Source: a bacterium
GTDB taxonomy: Bacteria > Zhuqueibacterota > Zhuqueibacteria > Residuimicrobiales > Krinioviventaceae
DNA length: 64,000 bases
Direction of reading: 5' to 3'
Assembly (NCBI GenBank): GCA_963693055.1
Contig: OY843751.1
Span: 960,001-1,024,000 of the forward strand
Shown here: in pieces, positions 38,824 to 48,234 of the stretch
How positions within the stretch are numbered: the first letter of the stretch is position 1
How the letters are laid out: every line of letters starts with the position of its first letter
The notes under the pieces: generated by a model
Databases searched by the model: none
The model's input: the letters and a program-made list of their open reading frames with translations, nothing else
Told to the model about the DNA's origin: nothing
Position numbers and translations under genes: made by a program

Positions 38824-40419
38824 GTGAAATTATTATATAATTTTATATTGACTATATTGATTACCTTGCCGGTATTTGCTAAAGTTGCAGAAAAACCGGA
38901 TTGGGTAGCAGGCAGGCCTGATGGTTGTACTACTATTACAGTTGGGCGTAAAGCATCTGATGGGGGTTGGGTTTCAACTTCACATACTTGCGATAGTCAT
39001 CGTACCCGTTCTTGGGTGGATATTACACCTGCCAAATCTCATGTTCCTGGGACCAAAGTTGATATGCTAAAGCGTGAAAATGATGATTCCAGGGCAATGC
39101 CCACTTATAAAAAAATCAAAGTAGGATCCATACCCCAGGTAGATTCCACATATTCTTTTATTAATACTGCATATCCATGTATGAATGAATATCAATTGGC
39201 AATTGGTGAGTCAACTTTTGGTGGCCGTGAGACATTGCAGTCCGATAAGGGATTAATCGATTGTCAGCAATTGGTGCAATTGATGCTTGAACGCTGTAAA
39301 ACCGCCAGACAGGCAATTAATATGGCAGGCAACTTGCTTGCTTTGTATGGATGGAATGATGCTGGTGAGTGTCTTACTATTGCAGATACCAAAGAGGTTT
39401 GGCACCTTGAAATTGTTGGCCCTGGAAAAGGCAATAAAGGTGCAGTTTGGGTAGCACAGCGTGTACCGGATGACCATATATCTGTTAACGCCAATGCAAG
39501 CCGTATCCGCAAGGTTAATGTTAATGATACCAATTATTTTTTAGCGTCTTCAAACCTTACTAAAGTTGCTCAAGATAGCGGATGGTGGAGCCCCAGTCAG
39601 GGCGAGTTTGAGTTTTGTTACGCCTATGATCCTGATGGCAGACGTTCAATTGCTGCCAGACGTCGTGAATGGCGGGTATTGACCATGGCTGCTCCTTCTT
39701 TGGATGTTGACCCTAATGATAAAGATTTCCCCTTTTCTGTCAAGCCCGATTCACTCATGACTTTACCAAAATTGGTAGAAATTTTTCGAGATTATTATGA
39801 AGGAACAGAATATAATTTTATAAAAAATATAACCCAGGCAGATTCCAACGGCAAACAGGTAATATCACCATTTGCCAATCCTTTTATGCCTTATGAAATG
39901 AATGAACTGTTCAACGTCAATGGTGGGTGGAATGAATTGGGCGAACGTACCATTGCACGTTGGTATACCATGTATGCAACTATAACCCAATCCCGGGATT
40001 GGATGCCAGATGAAATTGGCGGCGTTGTGTGGCTGGCATTTGATAATGTTGCCTCGTCAATCTATACTCCTATTTATTGTGGCAATAGTGATGTACCAAA
40101 ATCTTTTAAAACCCCCGGACGGCAGAATGGATATACTCGTGATTCCGCGTGGTGGGCTTTTAATCGCTTGGGAACACTTGCAGCACAACGTTGGGGCGAT
40201 ATGCGTAACAATGTTGCAAATGTATGGTACCCCATGCAGAAGGAGTTGTTTGATAAACAACAGCAACTGGAAATTGAAGCTTTATTGTTATTTGATCAAG
40301 ATCCGCAAAAAGCTATTGATATGCTGAACAAGTATAGCATGGAATGGGGAAACAAGGTGGTTGAACGTTGCTGGAAATTGGGTGACGAACTGTGGACAAA
40401 ATATGATGAAAAATTTTAA
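38824..40419 (+). CDS. Secreted C69-family dipeptidase (Ntn hydrolase)
   Basis: Signal peptide, 'GCTT' N-terminal nucleophile Cys, 'MNEYQLAIGESTF' and 'WVAQRVPDDH'; GTG start behind AAGGAG. Confidence 0.88.
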   Translation: MKLLYNFILTILITLPVFAKVAEKPDWVAGRPDGCTTITVGRKASDGGWVSTSHTCDSHRTRSWVDITPAKSHVPGTKVDMLKRENDDSRAMPTYKKIKVGSIPQVDSTYSFINTAYPCMNEYQLAIGESTFGGRETLQSDKGLIDCQQLVQLMLERCKTARQAINMAGNLLALYGWNDAGECLTIADTKEVWHLEIVGPGKGNKGAVWVAQRVPDDHISVNANASRIRKVNVNDTNYFLASSNLTKVAQDSGWWSPSQGEFEFCYAYDPDGRRSIAARRREWRVLTMAAPSLDVDPNDKDFPFSVKPDSLMTLPKLVEIFRDYYEGTEYNFIKNITQADSNGKQVISPFANPFMPYEMNELFNVNGGWNELGERTIARWYTMYATITQSRDWMPDEIGGVVWLAFDNVASSIYTPIYCGNSDVPKSFKTPGRQNGYTRDSAWWAFNRLGTLAAQRWGDMRNNVANVWYPMQKELFDKQQQLEIEALLLFDQDPQKAIDMLNKYSMEWGNKVVERCWKLGDELWTKYDEKF

Positions 40420-40447
40420 GCCGGAATTTTATTCCGGCTTTTTTTTT
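40418..40447. terminator. Terminator between convergent genes
   Basis: AAGCCGGAAT-ttt-ATTCCGGCTT followed by a T run. Confidence 0.8.
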
Positions 40448-41840
40448 ACATGTCCAGGTCAAAGCTTTGGCCAAATTGTGGTACGGTAACATTCCAGCCA
40501 AATTTATCTCTAATTTTTTGAGCCATAGATTCAGATGATTCAGGCTCGCCATGTACAATAAATGTTTGCAGCGGCGGACGATTAAAACCTGACAGCCATG
40601 CAAGTATTTCATTGTAATCCGCATGACCAGAGTACCCACTCATGCTTTCCACTTTGGCTTTTACAGGTATTTGTTGTCCATGAATTTTAACAGTCTCGTG
40701 GCCTTCCATCAAGGTCCTGCCGCGCGTTCCTTCAGCCTGGTACCCTACCAGTAACACGGTGTTTTTAGGATTCGGTAAACGTTCTTCCATGTGGTGTAAA
40801 ATTCGTCCACCTGTTAACATGCCGCTTGCAGATATGATAATAGCATTCTTTTTAACTGAATTGATTGCAATAGATTCTTCTCTTGATCTGCATATGTTTA
40901 AATATTGTGGATGCAATACATTCTTGCCTTCCATGATTTCTGTGCGTGTAACAAGATCAAATTCTGCGGGATGATGTTCAAAAACATCTGTAGTACGGAT
41001 TGCCATGGGCGAGTCTACATAGATCTGCAATGCAGGAATTTTACCTTCCTCTTCAAGCTGACGGATTACATAGAGTAATGTTTGTGTTCGTCCAACAGCA
41101 AAAGCGGGAATAACCAGCACACCACCACGTTCTATGCTTTCATTGATTATTCTGCTCAGCTCTTCAGTGGGATTCCCGGGTTCATGTAACCGTTGACCAT
41201 AAGTTGATTCTAATACAAGGTAATCTATATTGAAAACCTGTGTAGGATCCTGCAATATTGGGCGTTCAGGGCGGCCAATATCTCCACTAAACAATATCTT
41301 TTTGGCCTCACTGTTATGACGGGTTTTAAACTCTATAAAGGATGAACCTAAAATATGTCCGGCGTCTTTAAATTTAACGCGTGTATCCTCATCAATATAA
41401 AAATCTTCACCGTAATATTTGGGTTGTAACAAAGTCAATGTTTGTTCAGCATCTTCAGTGGTATAAAGAGGGAGAGCAGGCGAGTGCTTGGAATATCCTT
41501 TTTTATTGGCCCATTTTGCATCTTCTTCGTGTAAATGCGCGCTGTCTAGTAACATGATTTTGACCAGTTCTGATGTTGAATGAGTACTGTGTACCTGTCC
41601 TTTAAAACCTTCTTTTACCAGGCGTGGTAAAAATCCGGAATGGTCAATATGCGCGTGCGTCAGAAAAACCCTGTCAATTTCGTTTGCGGGAACTGGAAAG
41701 GGATCCCAGTTTTTTTCTCGAATTTCTTTGCGGCCCTGGAACATTCCGCAATCAATAAGAAATTTATAGTCATCAAGTTCCAGGAAATGTCGTGAGCCTG
41801 TTACTGTGCCTGTAGCTCCGTAAAAAGTAATTTTAGACAA
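40446..41840 (-). CDS. MBL-fold beta-CASP ribonuclease (Ysh1/TTHA0252-like)
   Basis: 'THAHIDHSG', 'AGHILGS', 'ESTYG', 'SGHAD' and 'VHGE' motifs. Confidence 0.93.
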   Translation of the reverse strand: MSKITFYGATGTVTGSRHFLELDDYKFLIDCGMFQGRKEIREKNWDPFPVPANEIDRVFLTHAHIDHSGFLPRLVKEGFKGQVHSTHSTSELVKIMLLDSAHLHEEDAKWANKKGYSKHSPALPLYTTEDAEQTLTLLQPKYYGEDFYIDEDTRVKFKDAGHILGSSFIEFKTRHNSEAKKILFSGDIGRPERPILQDPTQVFNIDYLVLESTYGQRLHEPGNPTEELSRIINESIERGGVLVIPAFAVGRTQTLLYVIRQLEEEGKIPALQIYVDSPMAIRTTDVFEHHPAEFDLVTRTEIMEGKNVLHPQYLNICRSREESIAINSVKKNAIIISASGMLTGGRILHHMEERLPNPKNTVLLVGYQAEGTRGRTLMEGHETVKIHGQQIPVKAKVESMSGYSGHADYNEILAWLSGFNRPPLQTFIVHGEPESSESMAQKIRDKFGWNVTVPQFGQSFDLDM

Positions 41841-41974
41841 AACATTCCTCCTGTTTTCGTTATTGCATATAATAAGGGTTTATATGCTTAAATACCATAA
41901 AAAATTTATTGTATATGTTGTTAAAATTGGTTATAAATAAGGCGGTGTTTGTAAACAGATTTTTAGAGGATGAT

Positions 41975-42709
41975 TTGAGAGATACAATTTATTCTACACC
42001 TCAGCAGCAGGTATCCGGGTTTGTATTTGATGATAAAGTGGCAAATGTCTTTCCGGATATGATTAAACGTTCCGTTCCGGGATATGGAGATATTATTAAT
42101 ATGCTGCCGGTTTTGACGCGTTATTATGTTAAAGCCAACACACGCTTGTATGATTTGGGCAGTTCTTTAGGTGCTTCTACTTTTGCTATGCAATGTGGTG
42201 TTGATAAACCGGGATGCCGCATTATTTCTGTTGATAATTCACTGTCAATGCTTGAAAAATCTCTGGAATTAACCCAGGCGGGTTCAGCTCCACAATTTGC
42301 TGAAATTGAAAGAGTTTGTGCCGATATTCGGGATATTGAATACAGTAATGCATCAGTAGTTGTAATGAACTTTACCTTACAGTTTATAGAGCCTGATAAC
42401 AAAAATCGTGAAAAGTTGATTAGAACGATATTTGATGGAATGATACCTGGTGGGATTTTAATTATTTCTGAAAAGATCCATTTTCCCGATGATGTTGAGC
42501 AGAAGAATATGACCAATTTGCATTTGGCATTTAAGCGATTTCAGGGTTATAGTGAACTGGAGATCCACCAAAAGCGAACTTCGTTGGAAAATGTGCTTTT
42601 AACGGACAGTGCAGAGCAGCATCTTGAGCGTTTAAGAAACACTGGATTTGGACACGTGCAGCAGTGGTACCAGTCATTAAATTTTTGTTCATTTATGGCA
42701 GTTAAATGA
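41975..42709 (+). CDS. cmoA: Carboxy-S-adenosyl-L-methionine synthase
   Basis: 'FVFDDKVANVFPDMIKRSVPGY', 'YDLGSSLGA', 'NFTLQF' and 'GYSELEIHQKRTSLENVL'; TTG start behind GAGGA. Confidence 0.93.
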   Translation: MRDTIYSTPQQQVSGFVFDDKVANVFPDMIKRSVPGYGDIINMLPVLTRYYVKANTRLYDLGSSLGASTFAMQCGVDKPGCRIISVDNSLSMLEKSLELTQAGSAPQFAEIERVCADIRDIEYSNASVVVMNFTLQFIEPDNKNREKLIRTIFDGMIPGGILIISEKIHFPDDVEQKNMTNLHLAFKRFQGYSELEIHQKRTSLENVLLTDSAEQHLERLRNTGFGHVQQWYQSLNFCSFMAVK

Positions 42710-43680
42710 TGGATTATACGTCTTTATATAATTTTATGGATAATACCCGTCTGGCAGACTGGCGAGATCTGTTAAAAAGGCAGATCGACGAAGCTCTTGA
42801 TGAGTCATCGAATGGTGATCTCGCAAAATGGAATGCAATATTAAAATCTCTTCCATGTTCCAAGCCTACCCACATTGATCTGGATCAGGGGGCCATTCTT
42901 ATTGGTGAGCCCGATGATACTACCAGAGAAAAGCGTAAATTCATTGAGCAGACCATGAAGCAGTTTCATCCCTGGCGCAAGGGACCTTATTCTTTATTTG
43001 GAATTCATATTGATACAGAGTGGCGATCGGACTGGAAATGGGACCGGGTAAAAGATCATATTACTCCCCTTGAAGATCGTGTGGTTCTGGATGTGGGGAG
43101 TGGGAATGGATACCATGGTTGGCGTATGTTGGGAGCCGGAGCCAAACTTGTAATTGGTATTGATCCGTTTTTGTTAAGCGTTGTACAGTATCATGCAATA
43201 AAACATTTTATTGGTGATGAACCCATGTATGTTGTGCCGGTTGGTGTTGAAAAAATGCCAGAAAACCTTAAAGTGTTTGATACGGTTTTCTCCATGGGGG
43301 TTATGTATCATCGTCGTTCTCCCATTGATCATCTTTATGAATTAAAAAGTTTTCTAAGACCGGGAGGAGAGCTGGTATTGGAAACACTAGTAATAGATGG
43401 CGGCCCTGAAAAGGTTTTGGTCCCTGAAGACCGCTATGCACAAATGCGCAATGTTTGGTTTGTTCCCAGTTGTTTAACGCTTGAAAGTTGGTTAAAAAGA
43501 TGTGGGTTCAATGATGTGAGATGTGTAAATATTACCAAAACAACTTTTGGAGAACAACGATCAACAGATTGGATGCAATGGGATTCATTAGCAAATTTTT
43601 TGGATCCTGAGAATCCCAATTTGACTATTGAAGGGTACCCTGCTCCTGTCCGTGCAGTCTTTATTGCGAATGTAGGTTAG
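42706..43680 (+). CDS. cmoB: tRNA 5-carboxymethoxyuridine (cmo5U34) synthase
   Basis: 'PWRKGPY', 'IDTEWRSDWKW', 'FSMGVMYHRRSP' and 'RYAQMRNVWF'; coupled to cmoA. Confidence 0.95.
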   Translation: MMDYTSLYNFMDNTRLADWRDLLKRQIDEALDESSNGDLAKWNAILKSLPCSKPTHIDLDQGAILIGEPDDTTREKRKFIEQTMKQFHPWRKGPYSLFGIHIDTEWRSDWKWDRVKDHITPLEDRVVLDVGSGNGYHGWRMLGAGAKLVIGIDPFLLSVVQYHAIKHFIGDEPMYVVPVGVEKMPENLKVFDTVFSMGVMYHRRSPIDHLYELKSFLRPGGELVLETLVIDGGPEKVLVPEDRYAQMRNVWFVPSCLTLESWLKRCGFNDVRCVNITKTTFGEQRSTDWMQWDSLANFLDPENPNLTIEGYPAPVRAVFIANVG

Positions 43681-43687
43681 GTATTAA

Positions 43688-44959
43688 TTATTGCCCGTTA
43701 CTGAGTGAATCTGAATGAATTGTAATGTGTGACGGAGGGAATTGTTTCGCATCAAGTGATTCAATTAACACAAATTTTGATGATTCTACAATTGCCTGCT
43801 TTATACCCATTACTTCTATAATGATTTTAAAACTGTTGGGCATGTAACCACAGCTTTCTACTAAATTATTCTCAACGACCTTGAGCATATCTTTGTCAGA
43901 AAGAAAATGTACTGCTTCTTTAACACCAACTGTAAAGAAACTGGAAATCAGAATGATTGTATTCCCTCTGGGAGCTCTTATCTTGATAATTGTTACATAA
44001 TCTTTATGAAGCATGTCTTCATTAAATTCAGTAATAAATGTGGTTGTGTCATTTTCTGAAAAATTGTAAATAATTCTGTCTCTATTATTGATTTCCAGAT
44101 CTGCTTCAGAAATATAATTAGACAAGATTCCCAAAGACCTGTTGTTGCCAATATATACAATGTTTTGCTCGTCAATCAGATTTGGGGTCAGTTTGGATGC
44201 CCGTCTTAGGACAAATTGTCTGGGTACAGAGTTTAACACTTTGATAATTCCGGCCAAGGACCAAATTGTAGAATAGGGAAAGTAGGTCTGATCTGCTGCT
44301 CTAATTAAGCTTTTATCCTTGGGGAAAATGATATCACCCATTTCTTCTTTGCTGTTGATCCAGGTGTCTCGAATATGCACTGAACGTTTATCTATCATAA
44401 TGGGGTAATTGTAATAAAAGTGGTCACCACATACAATTACAGATTCTTTGTCTTTTGACATAAAACTACCCCATATGGGATCATTATCATCAACAATCTG
44501 ATAGTAATTCAATTGTTTTTCTGAACGATAAAACAGAAATGATAAAGTAACAATGATCAATAAACAGAGTATTAATGCTATATTAACAGGTTTAATTCTG
44601 GAACCTAAAGGTTTTTTTTCTTTTTTAAAATTTCTTTCAGTGATTTTTATTACATAATTACCTTTAGGAATTTCAATGATATATTTATCAGTCTTGCCTT
44701 CGTTGTTGTAATAATCATCCAGCTTTTTGCGAAGGTTGTGTATATGAACGCGGACGAGAGGGTCTTCTCCGGGAATAAAGTTTTCATCTTTCCGAAAGAC
44801 CTCCTGAGCAATAGTAACCTCTTTTGGAGATATATCATCAATAGAACATTGAATTAAATATTCTAACAAATATTTGCTATTCTTGCTGTTCTTGAATTGC
44901 TCACTTGATAGAATTTTTTCCTGTATGTCATTTAATAATTTTTTATCTGCTTCTATCAT
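43688..44959 (-). CDS. Membrane-anchored one-component regulator (winged-HTH + TM + periplasmic sensor)
   Basis: 'KEVTIAQEVF...DPLVRVHIHNLRKKLDDYY...IEIPKGNY' resembles an OmpR/ToxR-type wHTH; single TM; divergent from the TBDR gene. Confidence 0.75.
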   Translation of the reverse strand: MIEADKKLLNDIQEKILSSEQFKNSKNSKYLLEYLIQCSIDDISPKEVTIAQEVFRKDENFIPGEDPLVRVHIHNLRKKLDDYYNNEGKTDKYIIEIPKGNYVIKITERNFKKEKKPLGSRIKPVNIALILCLLIIVTLSFLFYRSEKQLNYYQIVDDNDPIWGSFMSKDKESVIVCGDHFYYNYPIMIDKRSVHIRDTWINSKEEMGDIIFPKDKSLIRAADQTYFPYSTIWSLAGIIKVLNSVPRQFVLRRASKLTPNLIDEQNIVYIGNNRSLGILSNYISEADLEINNRDRIIYNFSENDTTTFITEFNEDMLHKDYVTIIKIRAPRGNTIILISSFFTVGVKEAVHFLSDKDMLKVVENNLVESCGYMPNSFKIIIEVMGIKQAIVESSKFVLIESLDAKQFPPSHITIHSDSLSNGQ

Positions 44960-45224
44960 GAAAGGCTTTCATTTTTGATAAAAAATAAAATGGAATGAAA
45001 AATATTTTTAACAAATATAAAGATATTGTTAATTAACAACTTTAACAAAGTAAGTAATTACTTTAAAAACAACAAGTATTTTTTTTAACATTGTTAGAGA
45101 TGTTTTTTAACCGTTAATTTACTTGTTTTGCATCGAATATGTTTATATTATTAACACATAATAATTTATGCTGTAGGAATTATTATGCTTGTTCTCCCTC
45201 AATTTTTAGCCTCATCATAAAGGA

Positions 45225-48191
45225 GTGAAAATGTATAATAAAAGATTATTTTGGTCAGTTTTACTTTGTATGGCCTTGTTTGTATCTTTTACTCCCTCTT
45301 TCGCCGCTACCTCCGGCCAGGTGCAGGGAACCATTACTGATGCTTCAACACAGGAAAGTTTGCCAGGTGCAAACGTATTTTTAAAAGGAACTGCTATTGG
45401 TAGTGCATCCGATCTTGAAGGTCAATTTAGGATAGCAAATATTCCTCCTGGCAATTATACACTTGTTGTCTCTTATATGGGATATATTCAGCAAGAAGTT
45501 CCTATTCAAATTGCTGCCAATCGTACCTTGACACAAAATATTAAAATGGACTATAGCGTTGTTGATGTTGAAGGTGAAGTAATTATTACCGCTCAACGTG
45601 AAGGCCAGGTTGCCGCTATAAACCAGCAAATTACTTCTGATCAGATTGTGAATATTGTTTCTGCAGAACGTATACAGGAGTTGCCCGATGCTAATGCTGC
45701 TGAATCTATTGGACGTTTACCGGGTATTGCCGTACAGCGTAGCGGTGGTGAAGCGCAGACTTTGATGATTCGCGGACTTGATGCCAAGTATACAACTATA
45801 TCTTTAAATGGTGTACAGATACCCGCAACAAGCGCTGATGACCGTTCTGTGGATCTTAGTGTGTTGTCACAGGAAACTTTGGCAGGTATTGAAGTTTATA
45901 AAGCCATTACACCTGATCAGGATGCAGACGCGATTGCAGGCGCAATAAATCTTGTAACCGGAAAAGCCCCTGAAGGACAGAAAATAAGACTTGATGTAAT
46001 TGGATCTTATAATGATTTGGAACAATCCACTAGCCAATATGATGTTAGTGGAAGATATAGTAATAGATATATGACAGGCAAATTGGGTATTCAAGCAGGT
46101 GCACAAGCAGAAAAACGTGACCGTAGTACAGAATCTTTTGTAGATTCCTGGAATATACCAGCAAACCTTGATTATTCAATCAGTAACTTAACCGTTGGGT
46201 ATACTGATGAAACCCGCGAACGTTATGGCGCAGATATAACATTCGATTATAATACCTCTGATGGTGGGAATATTAAATTTATTAATATATTTAGTAATAC
46301 CAATCGTGAAAGATATTACTCATCACGTAATTATAATACTGGTGGTGATAATGTTGTATATACCGGACGAGCAACTGACACTGAAATTCAAACCTGGAAC
46401 AATTCGCTTGTTGGTGAAAACCATTTGTTTGGTTTTGACATGGATTGGGCATTGGCTCATGCCTATACACGAAATTCCACTCCATTTGATCATGATATGG
46501 AATTCCGCGAAAACCAGACTACTACGTCTGGTATGAAAAGTGAAATATATGAAGAAGAATATAAACGTGTTTCCGGTAAAGAGTTGATACCACTTGCATG
46601 GAACAATTTTGAAGCCGGTTTTTTAAGAGATGCTACATTTTCACAAAGTGAAAATAATGAAAGAAATTATGTAGCGCGAATTGATTTGAAAAAAGAGTTT
46701 AATCTAACTACAAAGATTGCTGGTTTTATTAAAGTGGGTTACAAATACCGTGATAAAGAACGTGAGCGTGATTCTGATGTAAGATTTGCTCCTTATTGGC
46801 TGCGTTCTTCACAAGATAGTGTCTATACAGATAGCGGAAGTTTAGTAGCCAAAGATTATGCAAATTCTTTATGGCCAAATGGATCTAATAATTTATTGGT
46901 AGACTGTTTAACCGGACCTCCGTATGCTTCTCGTACTTTGTATGATGATTATGAGTTAAATCCGGTAATTAATGGATATATGGTTAGAGAATGGTATAAT
47001 TTTAATGGACGTGGAGCCCGTAATGTTACTTCAGATGGTGTAACTTCGAGCTTGTACGAATATGTTTATATGCTTTACAGTAACAGAGATAAATATCACG
47101 TTAAAGAAAATATTAATGCAACATATTTAATGACCAAACTCAATTGGGGACAGACAGTGTCTTTGATTGCTGGTGTTCGCTATGAAAAAGAAAATAATGA
47201 TTATACTGCCAAGTTTATTCCAAATGTATCAGGCTTTTTAGAATATCAATCAGCAGTAATGTATGATACAACCGCAAACTTTGATAATGAACATTGGCTG
47301 CCCAATTTTCATCTTCGAATTAAACCTTTAAAATGGTTTGATGTACGTTTAGCAGCAACAAAATCACTTACCAGACCCGATTTTTCAATGCGTTTACCCT
47401 ATTTGTATGTGAATAATCAAGATCAGGAATTAGAACGTGGAAATTCTGGTCTAAAACCAGCGTTGGCTTGGAACTATGATGCAAGTGTTTCTCTTTACAA
47501 ATCTGAATTTGGTTTGTTGACTGTTTCCGGTTTTTCTAAAAAAATTGATAATGTATTTTATTGGTTAAACAATGTGAAAATTTTGAATACATCTCATGCT
47601 GATAGTATTGGACTTCCGAGTGAATGGGGACCCTATAAAGGTATGGAAATGTCTGAACCCGTTAGCGTTGATGGTACTGATGTGTATGGATATGAAATTG
47701 ATTTGCAAACCCATATGTTCTTTCTGCCGGGTATGTTGAAAAATATTGTTGTAAACGCAAACTTTTCAAAAATTTGGTCACATACAAAATATCCAAGGTT
47801 TAAAATTAAAGAAGATAATTCTTCTTTCCCACCCAAGTTGTCTCCATATTATTATTTCACAGAACGTCCTTTAACAGGACAAACAGATTATACCGGGAAT
47901 ATTGCAATTGGTTATGATCAGGGTGGTTTCTCTACAAGATTGTCAGTTTACTTTCAGGGACCCTATTTGTCTTCTATTGATTCTAATGAAAATTTGGACC
48001 AATATCGTAAAAGTTTTTCAAGATGGGACCTTTCAGTTAAACAACAGGTTACTCAAAATATTGCAATTTTTGCCAATATTAACAACTTAACTAACACCAT
48101 AGAAGGAAATTACTATGGATTTAAGGAAATTGACAGAGGAGGTGAGGTAACTGGTATATCCGGAGATATCGGATTACGTTTTACTTTATAA
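45225..48191 (+). CDS. TonB-dependent receptor
   Basis: Signal peptide, carboxypeptidase-regulatory-like N-domain ('LPGANVFLKGT'), plug 'ELPDANAAESIGRLPGI' and a barrel ending in 'GLRFTL'. Confidence 0.93.
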   Translation: MKMYNKRLFWSVLLCMALFVSFTPSFAATSGQVQGTITDASTQESLPGANVFLKGTAIGSASDLEGQFRIANIPPGNYTLVVSYMGYIQQEVPIQIAANRTLTQNIKMDYSVVDVEGEVIITAQREGQVAAINQQITSDQIVNIVSAERIQELPDANAAESIGRLPGIAVQRSGGEAQTLMIRGLDAKYTTISLNGVQIPATSADDRSVDLSVLSQETLAGIEVYKAITPDQDADAIAGAINLVTGKAPEGQKIRLDVIGSYNDLEQSTSQYDVSGRYSNRYMTGKLGIQAGAQAEKRDRSTESFVDSWNIPANLDYSISNLTVGYTDETRERYGADITFDYNTSDGGNIKFINIFSNTNRERYYSSRNYNTGGDNVVYTGRATDTEIQTWNNSLVGENHLFGFDMDWALAHAYTRNSTPFDHDMEFRENQTTTSGMKSEIYEEEYKRVSGKELIPLAWNNFEAGFLRDATFSQSENNERNYVARIDLKKEFNLTTKIAGFIKVGYKYRDKERERDSDVRFAPYWLRSSQDSVYTDSGSLVAKDYANSLWPNGSNNLLVDCLTGPPYASRTLYDDYELNPVINGYMVREWYNFNGRGARNVTSDGVTSSLYEYVYMLYSNRDKYHVKENINATYLMTKLNWGQTVSLIAGVRYEKENNDYTAKFIPNVSGFLEYQSAVMYDTTANFDNEHWLPNFHLRIKPLKWFDVRLAATKSLTRPDFSMRLPYLYVNNQDQELERGNSGLKPALAWNYDASVSLYKSEFGLLTVSGFSKKIDNVFYWLNNVKILNTSHADSIGLPSEWGPYKGMEMSEPVSVDGTDVYGYEIDLQTHMFFLPGMLKNIVVNANFSKIWSHTKYPRFKIKEDNSSFPPKLSPYYYFTERPLTGQTDYTGNIAIGYDQGGFSTRLSVYFQGPYLSSIDSNENLDQYRKSFSRWDLSVKQQVTQNIAIFANINNLTNTIEGNYYGFKEIDRGGEVTGISGDIGLRFTL

Positions 48192-48234
48192 GTACACTAA
48201 TTCACAATAACATAAATTAATTTCGGAGGAAATT

